Shown here one piece after another: positions 8,976 to 19,665 of a stretch of DNA of 20,000 nt. The DNA is from Catajapyx aquilonaris. Its lineage: Eukaryota. The notes under the pieces are model-generated. The model was not told the DNA's origin. It searched no databases and was given only the letters and a program-made list of their open reading frames with translations. Every line of letters starts with the position of its first letter. The stretch's first letter is position 1. The stretch covers positions 50,623 through 70,622 of the forward strand of contig KZ538648.1 of NCBI GenBank assembly GCA_000934665.2, in the 5' to 3' direction. The position numbers and the translations under genes were made by a program.

Positions 8976-11687
8976 CACTTGGTTACACTAGCTTCGAAAA
9001 GATGAGTTTTCAACGTCCCCATAGCTTATTGAGCGCAAATCTGTGTGGACTTGACTGTTTGTGATCTCACAATCAGACCCCTCAAAAGTTCAATAATTTT
9101 TTAAACTGGTTAGTGACACGTTTACCTGTAGAGCCATAAATTGCAGTGGAGCTTCAATTGCGCATAAATAACTGTTATTGTATAAATCTGAATCGCAGCT
9201 CAATCCAGCTCTTGGTTCAAATTGGCTATTAATCTGGCCAGAAGGCTCGCCATATAAATGAACAAAAAAGTATCTCAGTCTAGGAGGTTGATTAATTTTT
9301 TTTTCTCTGTTGTTTCGTGCGTGTGTTATATGTTCTGGATGCTCAATGACCCCGAACAAGCAAGCTGCTACCAAAGCAAAAAACCACAAGGGGGGGGGGG
9401 GGTCAAATTGAGGCGTCAAAGAATGGCTTCATACGCTGGGTATACTCTATACAACCGTCGTTTTTTTTTCAAAAGGTTTCTATTTGTGAAGTTCCGTGTG
9501 TATATATTCGCGCACACAAAAGTCGCCGGCTCTTTTTTTCCGTCTCTCCGTGTGTCTCTTGTTGGAGTCGGTAAAAGGTCATGCTGAAATGAGCAAGCCA
9601 GCAGTCTGGGATATTCCAAAATGATTCTTCAGTCAATCGGAAAGAGGCAGGAAATGGCAATGGAAATCTAATGGGCGTGACAATTAGTTCCAGTTTAGAT
9701 GTCAGGCTTTTGTTTTGCTGTCTTGTCCCTTTGTCTAGCTGTTCCTTGCTCTGTTAAGTGTGTGCAACTGTTCAAAACAGCACAAACTAGGCCAATCACC
9801 GAAATACTGAGCTCATAGTGCTCAAAACAGCAACGAATGGATTTATGTAATTTTTTTTTAGCTTTCGTTCCAACGAGCGTCCCATTTTTTCTTTCCGCAA
9901 ATGCAGGCTTACTTGAAGTAATGCCCCGCGATATTCTTAACACAGGCTGAGCAGGATCCTTCCTAGGAGCATTTCATTTGTATAACTGCCAGCTGCACCA
10001 GAAACCGCAGGCAAAGACCCAAACCCTCTCTGGAGTCTACATGCAAAAAAAAGAGGAAAGGAGAAAGCATCGTTTATGGGCGGCGTCCCCGAAACAGATG
10101 CAGAAATAAGGCATCCTGAGTGCATATAAAGCGAGGGAATATTGTGGGGAAGAGGAAGTGGATGTAAATCCGGGGCACTAAAGAGCAATGCAGAGGGTCG
10201 TAGCCAGACTGAGGACACAGGGTGGCTAATAAACAGGAAGATTGTCGCCTCCTTGGCGATGCGACGCCAGCCAGGTTTTATTAGCTTCATTTCCAAGTCG
10301 GATGGGAGCGTTAAAGAGGCGGCGGCAGGTGCGGCCTCGCTTCAGCCCTCCAGATGGAAAGGAGATAGAGGTGATGATGGGCCCCGGGGCCACCTGCCCC
10401 TGGGCCTAGGGTCAAACGAGCCCCTCTTTCCCATCTCCACAAAAAAAAACCTTTTGAAGGACTACTTGTTGCAGCCCCCGAAAAAAAAAAAACCTCTCAA
10501 CTTTTGACAACGACCCCGGACGCTTTCAAGCTGGGGCTTAAGAGGACACGATTTGCTATCATGCCATGGAATGTTGCTATTTCGCTTCGAGGGCACCTGA
10601 GACCCAGGGCACAATGGAAGCCGACTCTCCCCACAAAAAAATGGGTCCAATCAATGGAACCTGACTTTGCACCTGGATACATTTGCCGAGAAGTTATCTA
10701 TCGGCTGGCACATAAGTCCTGTAGTACTCAGGAAAAAAGTCACATCTGCACTTCATGGCTTCCCCTGCCAACAGCGGTCAGCTGCTAGTTCTAGCATAAA
10801 AATTAATCCCGATTCGAGACAGTTATGGGCAACTTTACCATGGCGCCAACCTTTTGTCAAAGGCTACCAGGAATATGAAAAAAATAATATATTTCAAAAG
10901 CAAGGGCTAAAATTGCATGACAAAGGCCTGCTTTTGTGGCTTGCCTTTTCTCTCTTCCTGGCCTGCACTTTCATTTTATATACATATACGAGCGTGTACT
11001 GGAAAAGCTCCGCCATTGCACTTTGTTGCAAAGCATTAGCATACTGTACTTATCAGACGCACATTCACGTGATTATGTGTCCAGCGCCGGGGCCCTCTGC
11101 ACTTCATAAAATATGTCCGCTTTTGTAATATTTAGTGGCCCTACTGGAAAAGGTGGGGTCTCAATGGGCTCCATTGCCGATTCCAGTTAACCATTGGCCG
11201 CTCGGTAATAAAAATACATAATAATGTTGTATAGAGAGAAAATCCGGGTTTTGAAAAGGGCGGCCCCCGCAGGTAAATGTGATGTTCAGTAATTTTTTGA
11301 GTGCAAATTACGCAATGAATCGTTAATATTTCGAAGGTTATTCGAATCGCAGGTTACACACCATGCGTTTCAAAAGTTAATCTCAATTTTGCATCGATGG
11401 CTTCAAGTTTGGCCTATACCGGTAATTATAAACACATACCGTACTCTACAATTTTTTTTTCTAAATTAGCGGGGTCAAATTGCAAATATTCCAGATTATC
11501 TAATTTTAATATCATGTTGCTCCTTCTCAGTGCAAAGCCTACTTACAGTGCATCCTGTAGGCTATCAAAAGCTGCGTAGGACAGGTTCCACTGTACTCAG
11601 TTATTCAAACAAAAACCTAAGCAGTACTTTCAGTAACTGATCACAAATTATTATTAACATAAACCACGAAAATTAAACGATTACATA

Positions 11688-11789
11688 AATCCAAAATGGC
11701 GGCTTTGACGTCATCAATTCAATGTGGCAATCCCTGACGTCATCAATCCAAGATGGCTTCCGATGACGTCACGAATCCAATATGGCTTC
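11688..11789 (+). repeat. 28-29-bp tandem repeat (about 3.5 copies) with alternating YY1-like (CAAGATGGC) and CRE (TGACGTCA) motifs
   Basis: Perfect TGACGTCA at 11706, 11735 and 11764. AATCCAAnATGGC-like blocks at 11688, 11716, 11745 and 11774. Confidence 0.85.
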
Positions 11790-12325
11790 TTTTTCACATC
11801 ACCTTTTTGTTGCCAAGTTTGCTCCGCAACATGGACCAAGCAGCCTTTTATTCGCTAACGAGCCGCCTTCTTTGGCAAACTGTTTCCCTGGCAGTAATGA
11901 AATCAGTGGTTTCCCGACCGCAGCATCATCCGCAGGGTTCTGCGTGTGATGTAATGGCTTCCCCCTCCCCCAACTCCTATCAGGGGCTAGCAACAACCCA
12001 TGGCGCGCACTTTATAACGTCTACTATACACCCCGCACGTACGATGCGCCATTAGCGGCTACGGGGGCCTTCATTAATTTTAAGCTGCGGATTGGACATT
12101 AGGCTTTCCTCGCAGGATGTAATGGTTATATCTTGTACAGCCGCGAAAGAAAAAAAAGCACACCTCATTTTTTTAAAAAAATACAGTATTTTCCACCCTG
12201 TAGCATCGCCAAGGTTTGCAAAAATCTTTGGTTGCAAAAAAAAAAAGAAGTGATGGCGGTGCTTGAGGCTAGCTTGGGAGTTTTCCGATTGCAGCATGTA
12301 TACCCTCAGCACATCCAACTACTTT

Positions 12326-12350
12326 TCTTCTTCTTCTTCTTCTTCTTCTT
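12326..12350 (+). repeat. (CTT)n microsatellite
   Basis: About 8 consecutive CTT units. Confidence 0.9.
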
Positions 12351-12722
12351 TGAGGAGTTACCACTTTTGACTTGGAGTAAGAGGGAGGGTGGGGAGGTTT
12401 AGGAATAGCCCGCAGACTTGCTGGAGACAAGCAGGAAATGGCAAAACGCGATGAGTTGAGTACTTAGTGCCTTGCAGCCCTTTCGTTTTCCGGCGCCTAA
12501 ACTGCGAGTCCAATCGGACTGTTGCTGGCAGCATCTATGCAGAAACCGGGTCCACTTTTTTCGCGTGCAAAAAAAAGGAAAGGAAAAAGGAAAAGTTTTC
12601 AGGCGGGGGCGGGTATAGTTGCGGAGTTTGGAGCCCTAATTATAACGCAGAAAATTGCAACCGGACAAAAGTGCGATAGATCCTCTGTTTGTCCGGAGTG
12701 AGTCATCACCGCTCAGCTATAA

Positions 12723-12780
12723 TAGTACAACTACCAGCCACGTGGCAGCACTGTGCAGAGAGGTTGAATGCGCCATCTAT
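12723..12780 (+). repeat. Copy of ~65-bp dispersed element
   Basis: TAGTAC at 12723, then GTGGCAGCACTGTGCAGAGAGGTTGAATGCGCCATCTAT. Similar to 3492-3530(-), 7143-7179 and 7268-7304. Confidence 0.75.
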
Positions 12781-12797
12781 GTGACGTATGGGGTTGC

Positions 12798-12861
12798 ATA
12801 ATTTGCTGCGGCAAAAACGGGCCTTTCGTCACCTCCAAGGTGGCCAACCGCAGCAAATTAT
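12798..12861. repeat. Short inverted repeat, 14-bp perfect arms, 36-bp spacer
   Basis: ATAATTTGCTGCGG (12798-12811) and CCGCAGCAAATTAT (12848-12861). Confidence 0.8.
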
Positions 12862-13305
12862 CTCCGCCCCCCCCCCCCTTCGAAAAAGTCGATAAGGAAA
12901 CTTTTAGCAAAGTCTGAACTGGATGGAGGTGGTGGTGCGAGGGGGGCGGCCCAACAGCACATCCAATTCGGAATGCAAATGGCAGCCCGGCTCAAAAGGA
13001 AGGGGGTAATTAACTGTTGCTCTCTGATTCACCCCCAGAGGATAACCAGACCCCGGATTCCGTCTCTTCCGTGTCAAGATTAGAATTAGCTCTCTCTAAA
13101 CGGCCCAAAGTGATAAGAATATAATTAGTCGCACCCCCCCGCAACAAACAGCAACCGCATCTAGGTAGAACCCATCCCAGTGGAAGAAAATCCAATAAAA
13201 TCTGGATTGCATTCTTTCCAAGTAATTACACCTGGTGCAAGTTGGACTTCCTTGCACAATCCACATCAAAAGAATTACCTTAGGGTAAGAGCTAGAGCAG
13301 AAGCA

Positions 13306-13394
13306 TAACCTAACCTAACCTAACCTAACCTAACCTAACCTAACCTATCCTAACCTGACTTAACCTTACCTAACCCTATCTAAACTAACCTAAA
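13306..13394 (-). repeat. Interstitial (TTAGG)n array, CCTAA on + strand
   Basis: Eight perfect TAACC units at 13306-13345, followed by degenerate units. Confidence 0.9.
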
Positions 13395-15883
13395 TGTTCT
13401 CTCAATGTTCGTGTGGGGTTTTCTCGAGGTTCTAAGTCCAACTGACTGGGTCCATATCTCACTTGCCATATACCCTTGGTGGATGGTCCATCGATCCCAG
13501 AAGAAGATGTTACCGCATAATACATTCAGACGCCAGCTTTGACTGACGAGGCTTGTTTACCATTGCTAATATCCGGAATTTGTCCTGTTGGGGGGGAAGG
13601 GAGTAGAAACCCTGGAGATTTAATTAATTAAAGGGACACGAGTTGTCCGATGCCGAATCGGAGAGATGCACAGCATCCCTTTTCCTCTCTCTCTTTCTGT
13701 CCCCCAAAACCCAAAGCACAGAAAACGGAATATGGGTTTTGGATACTCTGTGCCAACTTGCCAACTTTCTCACTCAGCCATCCCCCTCCCCCCACCAAAC
13801 AACTATAGTACTATACTATACAACCCAGGCCATAGTTACCAGGCTTTCCCTTCAACTTTGTGGTCCCAGATGCTTCTGGCCGTGCGGAAACTTGCTACGG
13901 AAAAGCCCCCCCTCTGCTTGCCTACACACATATATATCCGACAAGTTGCGGCTGGGAGCTTTGCTTCATCCCGTATTACCCGTCGTTGACAAACACAAAA
14001 TGCATTGCAGGGTTTGCTTCCTGATTATATTGCCAAAGGAACTATTTCGGACCCAGGAATGTTCGAAATGGGCAGGAATTCACAGATTTGTTTTGAGAAA
14101 AATCATTTAATGACAGGTGTACCAATAATCTGGCAAGTGTTGAAGGCGTGCCAACACGTGTAATCTACCCGCCGAATCTAATAGCCTTTGGCAGCCGGAA
14201 AAGGCGAGCCCATAATTTACCTTCCCTCTCTGGTTGGGAAGGCCCCAGACATTCGGCCTGTGCCAAGTGCGCAACCCTTTCCGTGTAGACACCCCAGGAA
14301 CAAGAGTACAGCACACGTACCGATGCCCACCCTTCTGATTAATCTAATTGCTCTCGCCTTCCCCCCCAGTCTAGTAATGAATTTAGGAGCCGCCACCTGC
14401 TGTGCCATCGACTCTGGCCAGCAGCTTCTGGAAGTGGCGTCCAAGACATATCCAGACCCTTCCACCTCCCCCTCAACTTGTTGCATATTCAGCGGCGCCA
14501 TCTGCGCCCCTAGGCCATGATCGATATTCCTCCTTTCTCATCCTCCTGCACTCTTTGCCAACAAACCAACCCTCCCAGGGAAAATACCCCCTCCCAAAGC
14601 CTTATACTCCTACAAAGGCAACAGGCGCCAGCACTATCAAGTTCCAGGACCCAAGTTTTCGCAGTCTGTTGTCGCCCCCACCAAAACCCTCCATCCCCCC
14701 CACCCACACCTAACTCCAACAGAAGGGGGGTGGGAAAGTCTCTCTCGACTTTGCAACTGGATTGGGCGGATCAGGAGACCCTGGTAAGGGAGGATCAACC
14801 CATATGCTTTTCTCAGGACGCCCTCCCACTATGTGCACGGAGAGAGGGGGGGCCTAAATGACACAACTCCATTTTGGTAATTTTCATATAGTGAAAAGAA
14901 GGGTATAAGAGAAGCAGCTGCGTATAAAAGAAAAATGAGGAGTAAGAGCTAGTGATGTATCACCTTAAATTCAGTTGAATGCAGGTTTTAATCCCAGCTT
15001 AATCTCTATTAATCCTACGCTAATCCAGGAATATCCAGCCTTTAAGCAGAGTGAAATTTGGTTGAATCTACTGCAAACAAAAATGTGCCACTCACAGTCA
15101 GTTCTGTCGAGATTATGTAATTTTGTGTTTGTGAAACACCAATATTAATTACCATATAACTTTAGTAATAGTTATTTAAAAAAAATATTAAATGGGGAAA
15201 GGCTAGCTTAGATGTTATCATCGATGATTTCCTAATTTTTAGCAAATGGCCATATGAGTTTCAATTGTTACTATTCAAATAAGAAGGCACGTCATTCTAA
15301 GGTAGGGCTGCTGTCAGTTATGATTATGAAAACCATTGTTTTATTATTGCAAATGCTTAATAGCCAAACTACAGTACAGCTGCCGATTTGCACCGATTTG
15401 TCCAAAAAAAATCGTCGATAATAATTGCTGCCAAAAATTATTGCTGCTAAAGTTAAGCGTTTCAATTGCGCGAACGTCTGGTTGCACAATTAAAAAGTAA
15501 AAAATGATATATTAATAACATTGCGATTTACGATAACTCAATCTATCCATTCAATAAACTATGATTATTGTTCTAAGAAAGTAATGTGTGAAAGACACAT
15601 TCCAAAAATATATTATGAACTGTTATTATTACCAGCAGTCAATTTAATTCACTGTAATTTACGTGATGGCATACACCATACGCCTTAGAGTGGCAATATC
15701 ATATATCATATAAATATTTGCAATTCATAACTGTCAATTTTAATTGGTGCAACCTGGCCTTTAAATCATCAGCTTACCTGATAATGAATCCCCGAACATT
15801 GCTGCAAATTCAAGCATAAAAATTCTCGCCAAATGTCACAAAATAATGAATAAATCCATAAAATAACTACTGCCCACTAACGA

Positions 15884-16516
15884 TTTATTGGCTCCAAGTA
15901 CATGGCTAAAATCAACGAATTTTTTATTATTATTACTGTGTTTTTTTTTGCACACGGATCGGAAGCAGGATCGAGGGACATGGGGGGCCAACCAGGTGGG
16001 GGAAATGTCCAGCACGCACACCTAAATTTACACATATTCACACGCACTTTCACACACTCACACACATCTCGGGTGTCCACAGGAACAGTTCTGCAACTCC
16101 GTAAAACTGAAGTTTTAAAAAAACAAAAATTATATATATATTTTTTAAATATGATATCGAAGCGTGGTTGAGCACAGTTGGTAGCACCGCTTTTGAGTCC
16201 GCGCACTCAGGGTGACATACACAATCGGCAATACAAATTCTTCTGTAATTAGGGGTGTATGTGGGAGAGGGCAAAACACGCACTACACTCCCTCCCACAT
16301 TATATTTTTTTATACATTATATATATTTTTAAAACCTATACTTTTTTATATATATAAATCTGGTTCGTTGGCGACACTCACTAGATCCACGTAGCAGGCG
16401 GTGTTGTCAAAGTTTTTGTATACACCGAAGGGTTTTGAGGGGTTGGCAGCGGGTTTGGGGGGTTGCGGACCCGAGGCCCAAATGAGCAGAGTGTGTCAGT
16501 GTGGCTATGTCAGAGG
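15884..16516 (-). other. Probable 3' UTR of the GPI-protein gene with candidate polyadenylation signals
   Basis: AT-rich sequence downstream of the stop. AATAAA on the minus strand at 15923-15928 and 15884-15889. The true 3' end cannot be determined from sequence alone. Confidence 0.4.
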
Positions 16517-16704
16517 TCACCTGCTGACCCAGGTGACCCACGCGGGGCCCAGGGAGAGAAGGAGTAGCCAGAGCAAGGGCCCTGGGCAACTGCAACGCTC
16601 GGGAGACGACGAGTCTCTGCTGCCCTCTGTCGGAAGATCGTTGACTGTTGAGCTGTGATTGGGCGGCGCTGCTGATTCGTCACGCCCCGAGTTGCGCGGG
16701 GACA
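16517..16704 (-). CDS. Terminal coding exon: Ser/Pro-rich linker plus C-terminal hydrophobic GPI-signal-like tail (VSPRNSGRDESAAPPNHSSTVNDLPTEGSRDSSSPERCSCPGPLLWLLLLSLGPAWVTWVSR*)
   Basis: Acceptor cttgtgtcttgttttctag|TG in phase 1. 188 nt ending in TGA at 16517-16519 (ORF 16517..16720). GC-rich relative to flanks, with an NHS sequon. A small-residue cluster (DSSS) is followed by a spacer, a hydrophobic stretch and no cytoplasmic tail. Confidence 0.8.
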
Positions 16705-16845
16705 CTAGAAAACAAGACACAAGTTGCGCATCATTGCTCTAGACACTTAATACAAACAGTTTTTGGCTGAGCTTTCGTATCGGGAAACCCTTCACTTTTA
16801 CCTACTCTCCTACAGGCCTGTTTACGACCTCACGATTTGAGCCTC

Positions 16846-17030
16846 GGTCGCACGACCAGACGCTTTGCGACCGGCAAAAATTTGTCGGAACGACGGTTGG
16901 CGGTCGCATGCTTCCAGTCGTTCCGACAAACTTTGGTGGGTCGCACGACCAGACGCTTTGCGACCGACAAAAATTTGTCGGATGTCGCATGCCTCCAGTC
17001 GTTCCGACAAATTTTTGTCGGTCGCAAAGC
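16846..17030. repeat. Intronic compound repeat: two tandem units (period 93 bp), each internally palindromic
   Basis: ggtcgcacgaccagacgctttgcgacc at 16846 and 16939. Perfect 28-bp inverted repeat 16955-16982 / 17003-17030. Confidence 0.9.
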
Positions 17031-18500
17031 CGTATTTGCTGAAGGATCCGCCAGGAAGGAAGGTTTAGGTCATGGGGTATAGGTTGGTACAGCGTGCCCC
17101 CACCCCTGCCACATTCGGTCTCCCATTTACGAAAAGTCCTTCCCAGTTTTTATGTCTTGTTTCTTCTTTCATATAAGTTTTTTGAGATGGAAAGGGAGGG
17201 GGCATCGTAAACTTGAGCTCCCCTAGTCCCCCTTCTCCCCTCCGTCCGATCTAATTAAACCTTCCACGAGTCATCAATTTCAAAAACTTGAACTTTGGCA
17301 GCAATAATCGCGGTAAATTAGATTCGCTCCCCTTTCGGCCTTCTTTTCGGCCGTCTTTTGTTCAATAAGTACACTGCCATACCCAAAAAAGGTGTAACTA
17401 CAAAGCTGCAGATATGGCTTTTTTTGCATATAAGTACAGGGTGTGGCACAACTACTGAAGGAATGGGATGGGACACATCCAAAAAATCGCACCTTTCTCG
17501 TGCCCCATGGCGGCCTTCAAATGCTGCCCAATTCCAGCTCGAAGCCATTCGCACCGAGACAAAGGAATAAAAACAAAGCCGTAAAAAAGAAAACAGAAGA
17601 AGGAAGGGGTGGGGGGTGGAAGGGAGGAAGTTTTTTTTAAAGGAAAAGGAAGGAGCAGGAAATATACCCTCCCTAAATGTGTTTGAATATTATTTATGGT
17701 TCTCCATAAAGGATTTCATCCCGGCCATAAAGAGGAACAGTGTTCGAAACCTGGAGGAGGAAGAAAAAAAAGGTATGGTTCAGGACCCATCTTTTTTTTC
17801 CCCTCCCCCTCCAGGACACATAAGCCTCCTACGATATAATACCTTCCCCCTCTTTCATAAAAAAAATATATTTTAAGATACATAAAATTTGAAATTGTAG
17901 CATCTCCCCTCCATGCAAACAGTGATAAGGCAGTTTTTGTTACAGATGCACGTGTTCCAAGATTTGAAAATATAGAGTGAGCTACGAATTATTGCGTTTC
18001 ATAGTTGCAGGACATGTTACGTGGAAGTTTACACTACCACTGGATTTCTCAACTAGGTCAGATTTTCTTCGTAAATGCTGCATTACAGTTTTCATCAATC
18101 CCTAAGGACTTGTCGTGGGGAAAGCCCCTTAGTGAATAGAACAAACAATTACAGAGTGGGATGCAATTTGTAGCCAGCACCAAAAAAATCCAGTCCATGC
18201 ATAATGTGCTCTCGTGCCTTTTCAATTGCGCCATCAAACCAAGCTCATTGCGAAATAATGACCGGATAGTACACTGCAAAAAAAAAATGCGAAAAAATAA
18301 GGGCTGGAATTGGCTTCATTTGAGAATGAAGCGAGGAGTTGCGCGCTCTCTCACTTTGTTTTATTTAGATTTGGGAATGGGTAGAGTGAGGGTTAATTAG
18401 CCGCATTCCGTCGTACCTGCCTAGAACCGCATCCGAGGCACGTCGCGAAACCCCACTTTCGCTATCATCATTAAAAGGAAAAGGAATAGTCTCGACTCAC

Positions 18501-18563
18501 CAAAAGTGGTCCATGCGGGGTCTTTGTAGTGGGTTCCCCTCATTCCTGGTGTGTTGTCGTAAC
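18501..18563 (-). CDS. Internal coding exon (63 nt, phase 1-1); GYDNTPGMRGTHYKDPAWTTF
   Basis: Poly-T acceptor ending ...ttttgcag|GT and donor TTTG|gtgagtcg. Lies inside ORF 18421..18618(-) and is frame-compatible with both neighbouring exons. Confidence 0.85.
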
Positions 18564-19036
18564 CTGCAAAAAAAAAAATACACCCAAGAAAATTAACTGA
18601 TTTCTGCAACCCGTCCATCCAAACATTGCAAATTCACACCCGCAGTCTCCTGCATTCAGAGAGTCCCCCTGCATCCTCCAGCCAGCAGGCTTTCCAGGCC
18701 CAGAAGGTTTATCCGTACTTTTCGGCAAGTAACTTTCGGGGGAGGTTTCTAACAGACTGCCAGCTTATGGAAATGGGCGAGTGTGGCGCATACATCAGTC
18801 CCGTCCAGACGAAAAGGCTCGAGGGGAAAAAGCTTTTTGCCTTTCCAACCAACCACCCCCCCCAACCACCCTCTTACTACTACTCAGCTTCCTAACTGCA
18901 GTTAGCCCGGAACCTAACCCCTTCTTCTCCAAGTGCTTCTGATCAATTTGACCAAATCTGGACGGGAAGGGTTTCAAGCCCTGAAGCGAAGTTAAGCTAC
19001 TTTTCTAGGGTTGGAGGATGAGCTGCACATACTCAC

Positions 19037-19099
19037 CTGACAGAGTTACCACCTGGTTCTCAGTCGATCCCAATGGATTCCCAGTGTTCATCCGGATCT
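19037..19099 (-). CDS. Internal coding exon (63 nt, phase 1-1) of a putative GPI-anchored cell-surface protein; xIRMNTGNPLGSTENQVVTLS
   Basis: On the minus strand: a T-rich acceptor ending ...ttttccag|AG and donor TCAG|gtgagtatg. Open in phase 1 and joins in frame to 18501-18563. Upstream exons probably lie beyond the window end. Confidence 0.8.
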
Positions 19100-19493
19100 C
19101 TGGAAAAAAACACACACAAAAGAAATATTATCCTTACTATTCAGGGCAACCCTTACGACTCTCTTGTTCGCTGGGTTGCATCACTCCCAGGATAACCAGG
19201 GTTGTGTCCACTGTACTACAGTATTTGAACCTCCTATGGCATGTTCAGCTTTAAAAGAACCTGTATACTGATGCAAAAAAAAATTGGCAGACTGCAAAAA
19301 GAACAGCAGTCAGTTGCTATCTAGACAAGCACTTTTAACTCTGACAAGCGTCTTTTTTTCTGTTCCTTCCCGGAAGCTCCGGTAAGCCTTCTGCTCTATC
19401 CTTTTCCGCTTTTTATTCTTCCAATAGACTAATAGGAGCGTCTAGGATGGTCAATCAACCCGGAGTTTTGTAGGGGGGAAGTATTTTTGCACT

Positions 19494-19665
19494 CTCTTCT
19501 ACAAAGGTCACTTTTCATCCTTGCATGATGCAACCCCTCTTCTACAAATGTCACTTTTCATCCTTACATGATGTAACCCCTCTTCTACAAAGGTCACTTT
19601 TCATCCTTACATGATGCAACCCCTCTTCTGCAAAGGTTACTTTTCATCCTTGCATGATTCAACCC
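19494..19665 (+). repeat. 43-bp minisatellite, 4 copies
   Basis: Unit CTCTTCTACAAAGGTCACTTTTCATCCTTGCATGATGCAACCC at 19494, 19537, 19580 and 19623, with 1-3 substitutions relative to the first copy. Confidence 0.95.

Noticed and set aside
10667..11128. 153-aa plus-strand ORF, and likewise the 155-aa ORF at 13643-14110
   Set aside because: Non-ATG starts, no recognisable domain and no convincing splice framework. The lengths are compatible with chance.
16161..16210. tRNA/SINE-like head (GCACAGTTGGTAGCAC ... TTTGAGTCC)
   Set aside because: The A-box-like and B-box-like pieces are too close together and no cloverleaf can be drawn.
16802..17082. Five overlapping ORFs on both strands
   Set aside because: An artefact of the stop-poor palindromic repeat in the intron.
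19494..19665. CRISPR-like periodicity (also at 2461-2638 and 11688-11789)
   Set aside because: Units are head-to-tail with no unique spacers, there are no cas genes, and the context is eukaryotic.
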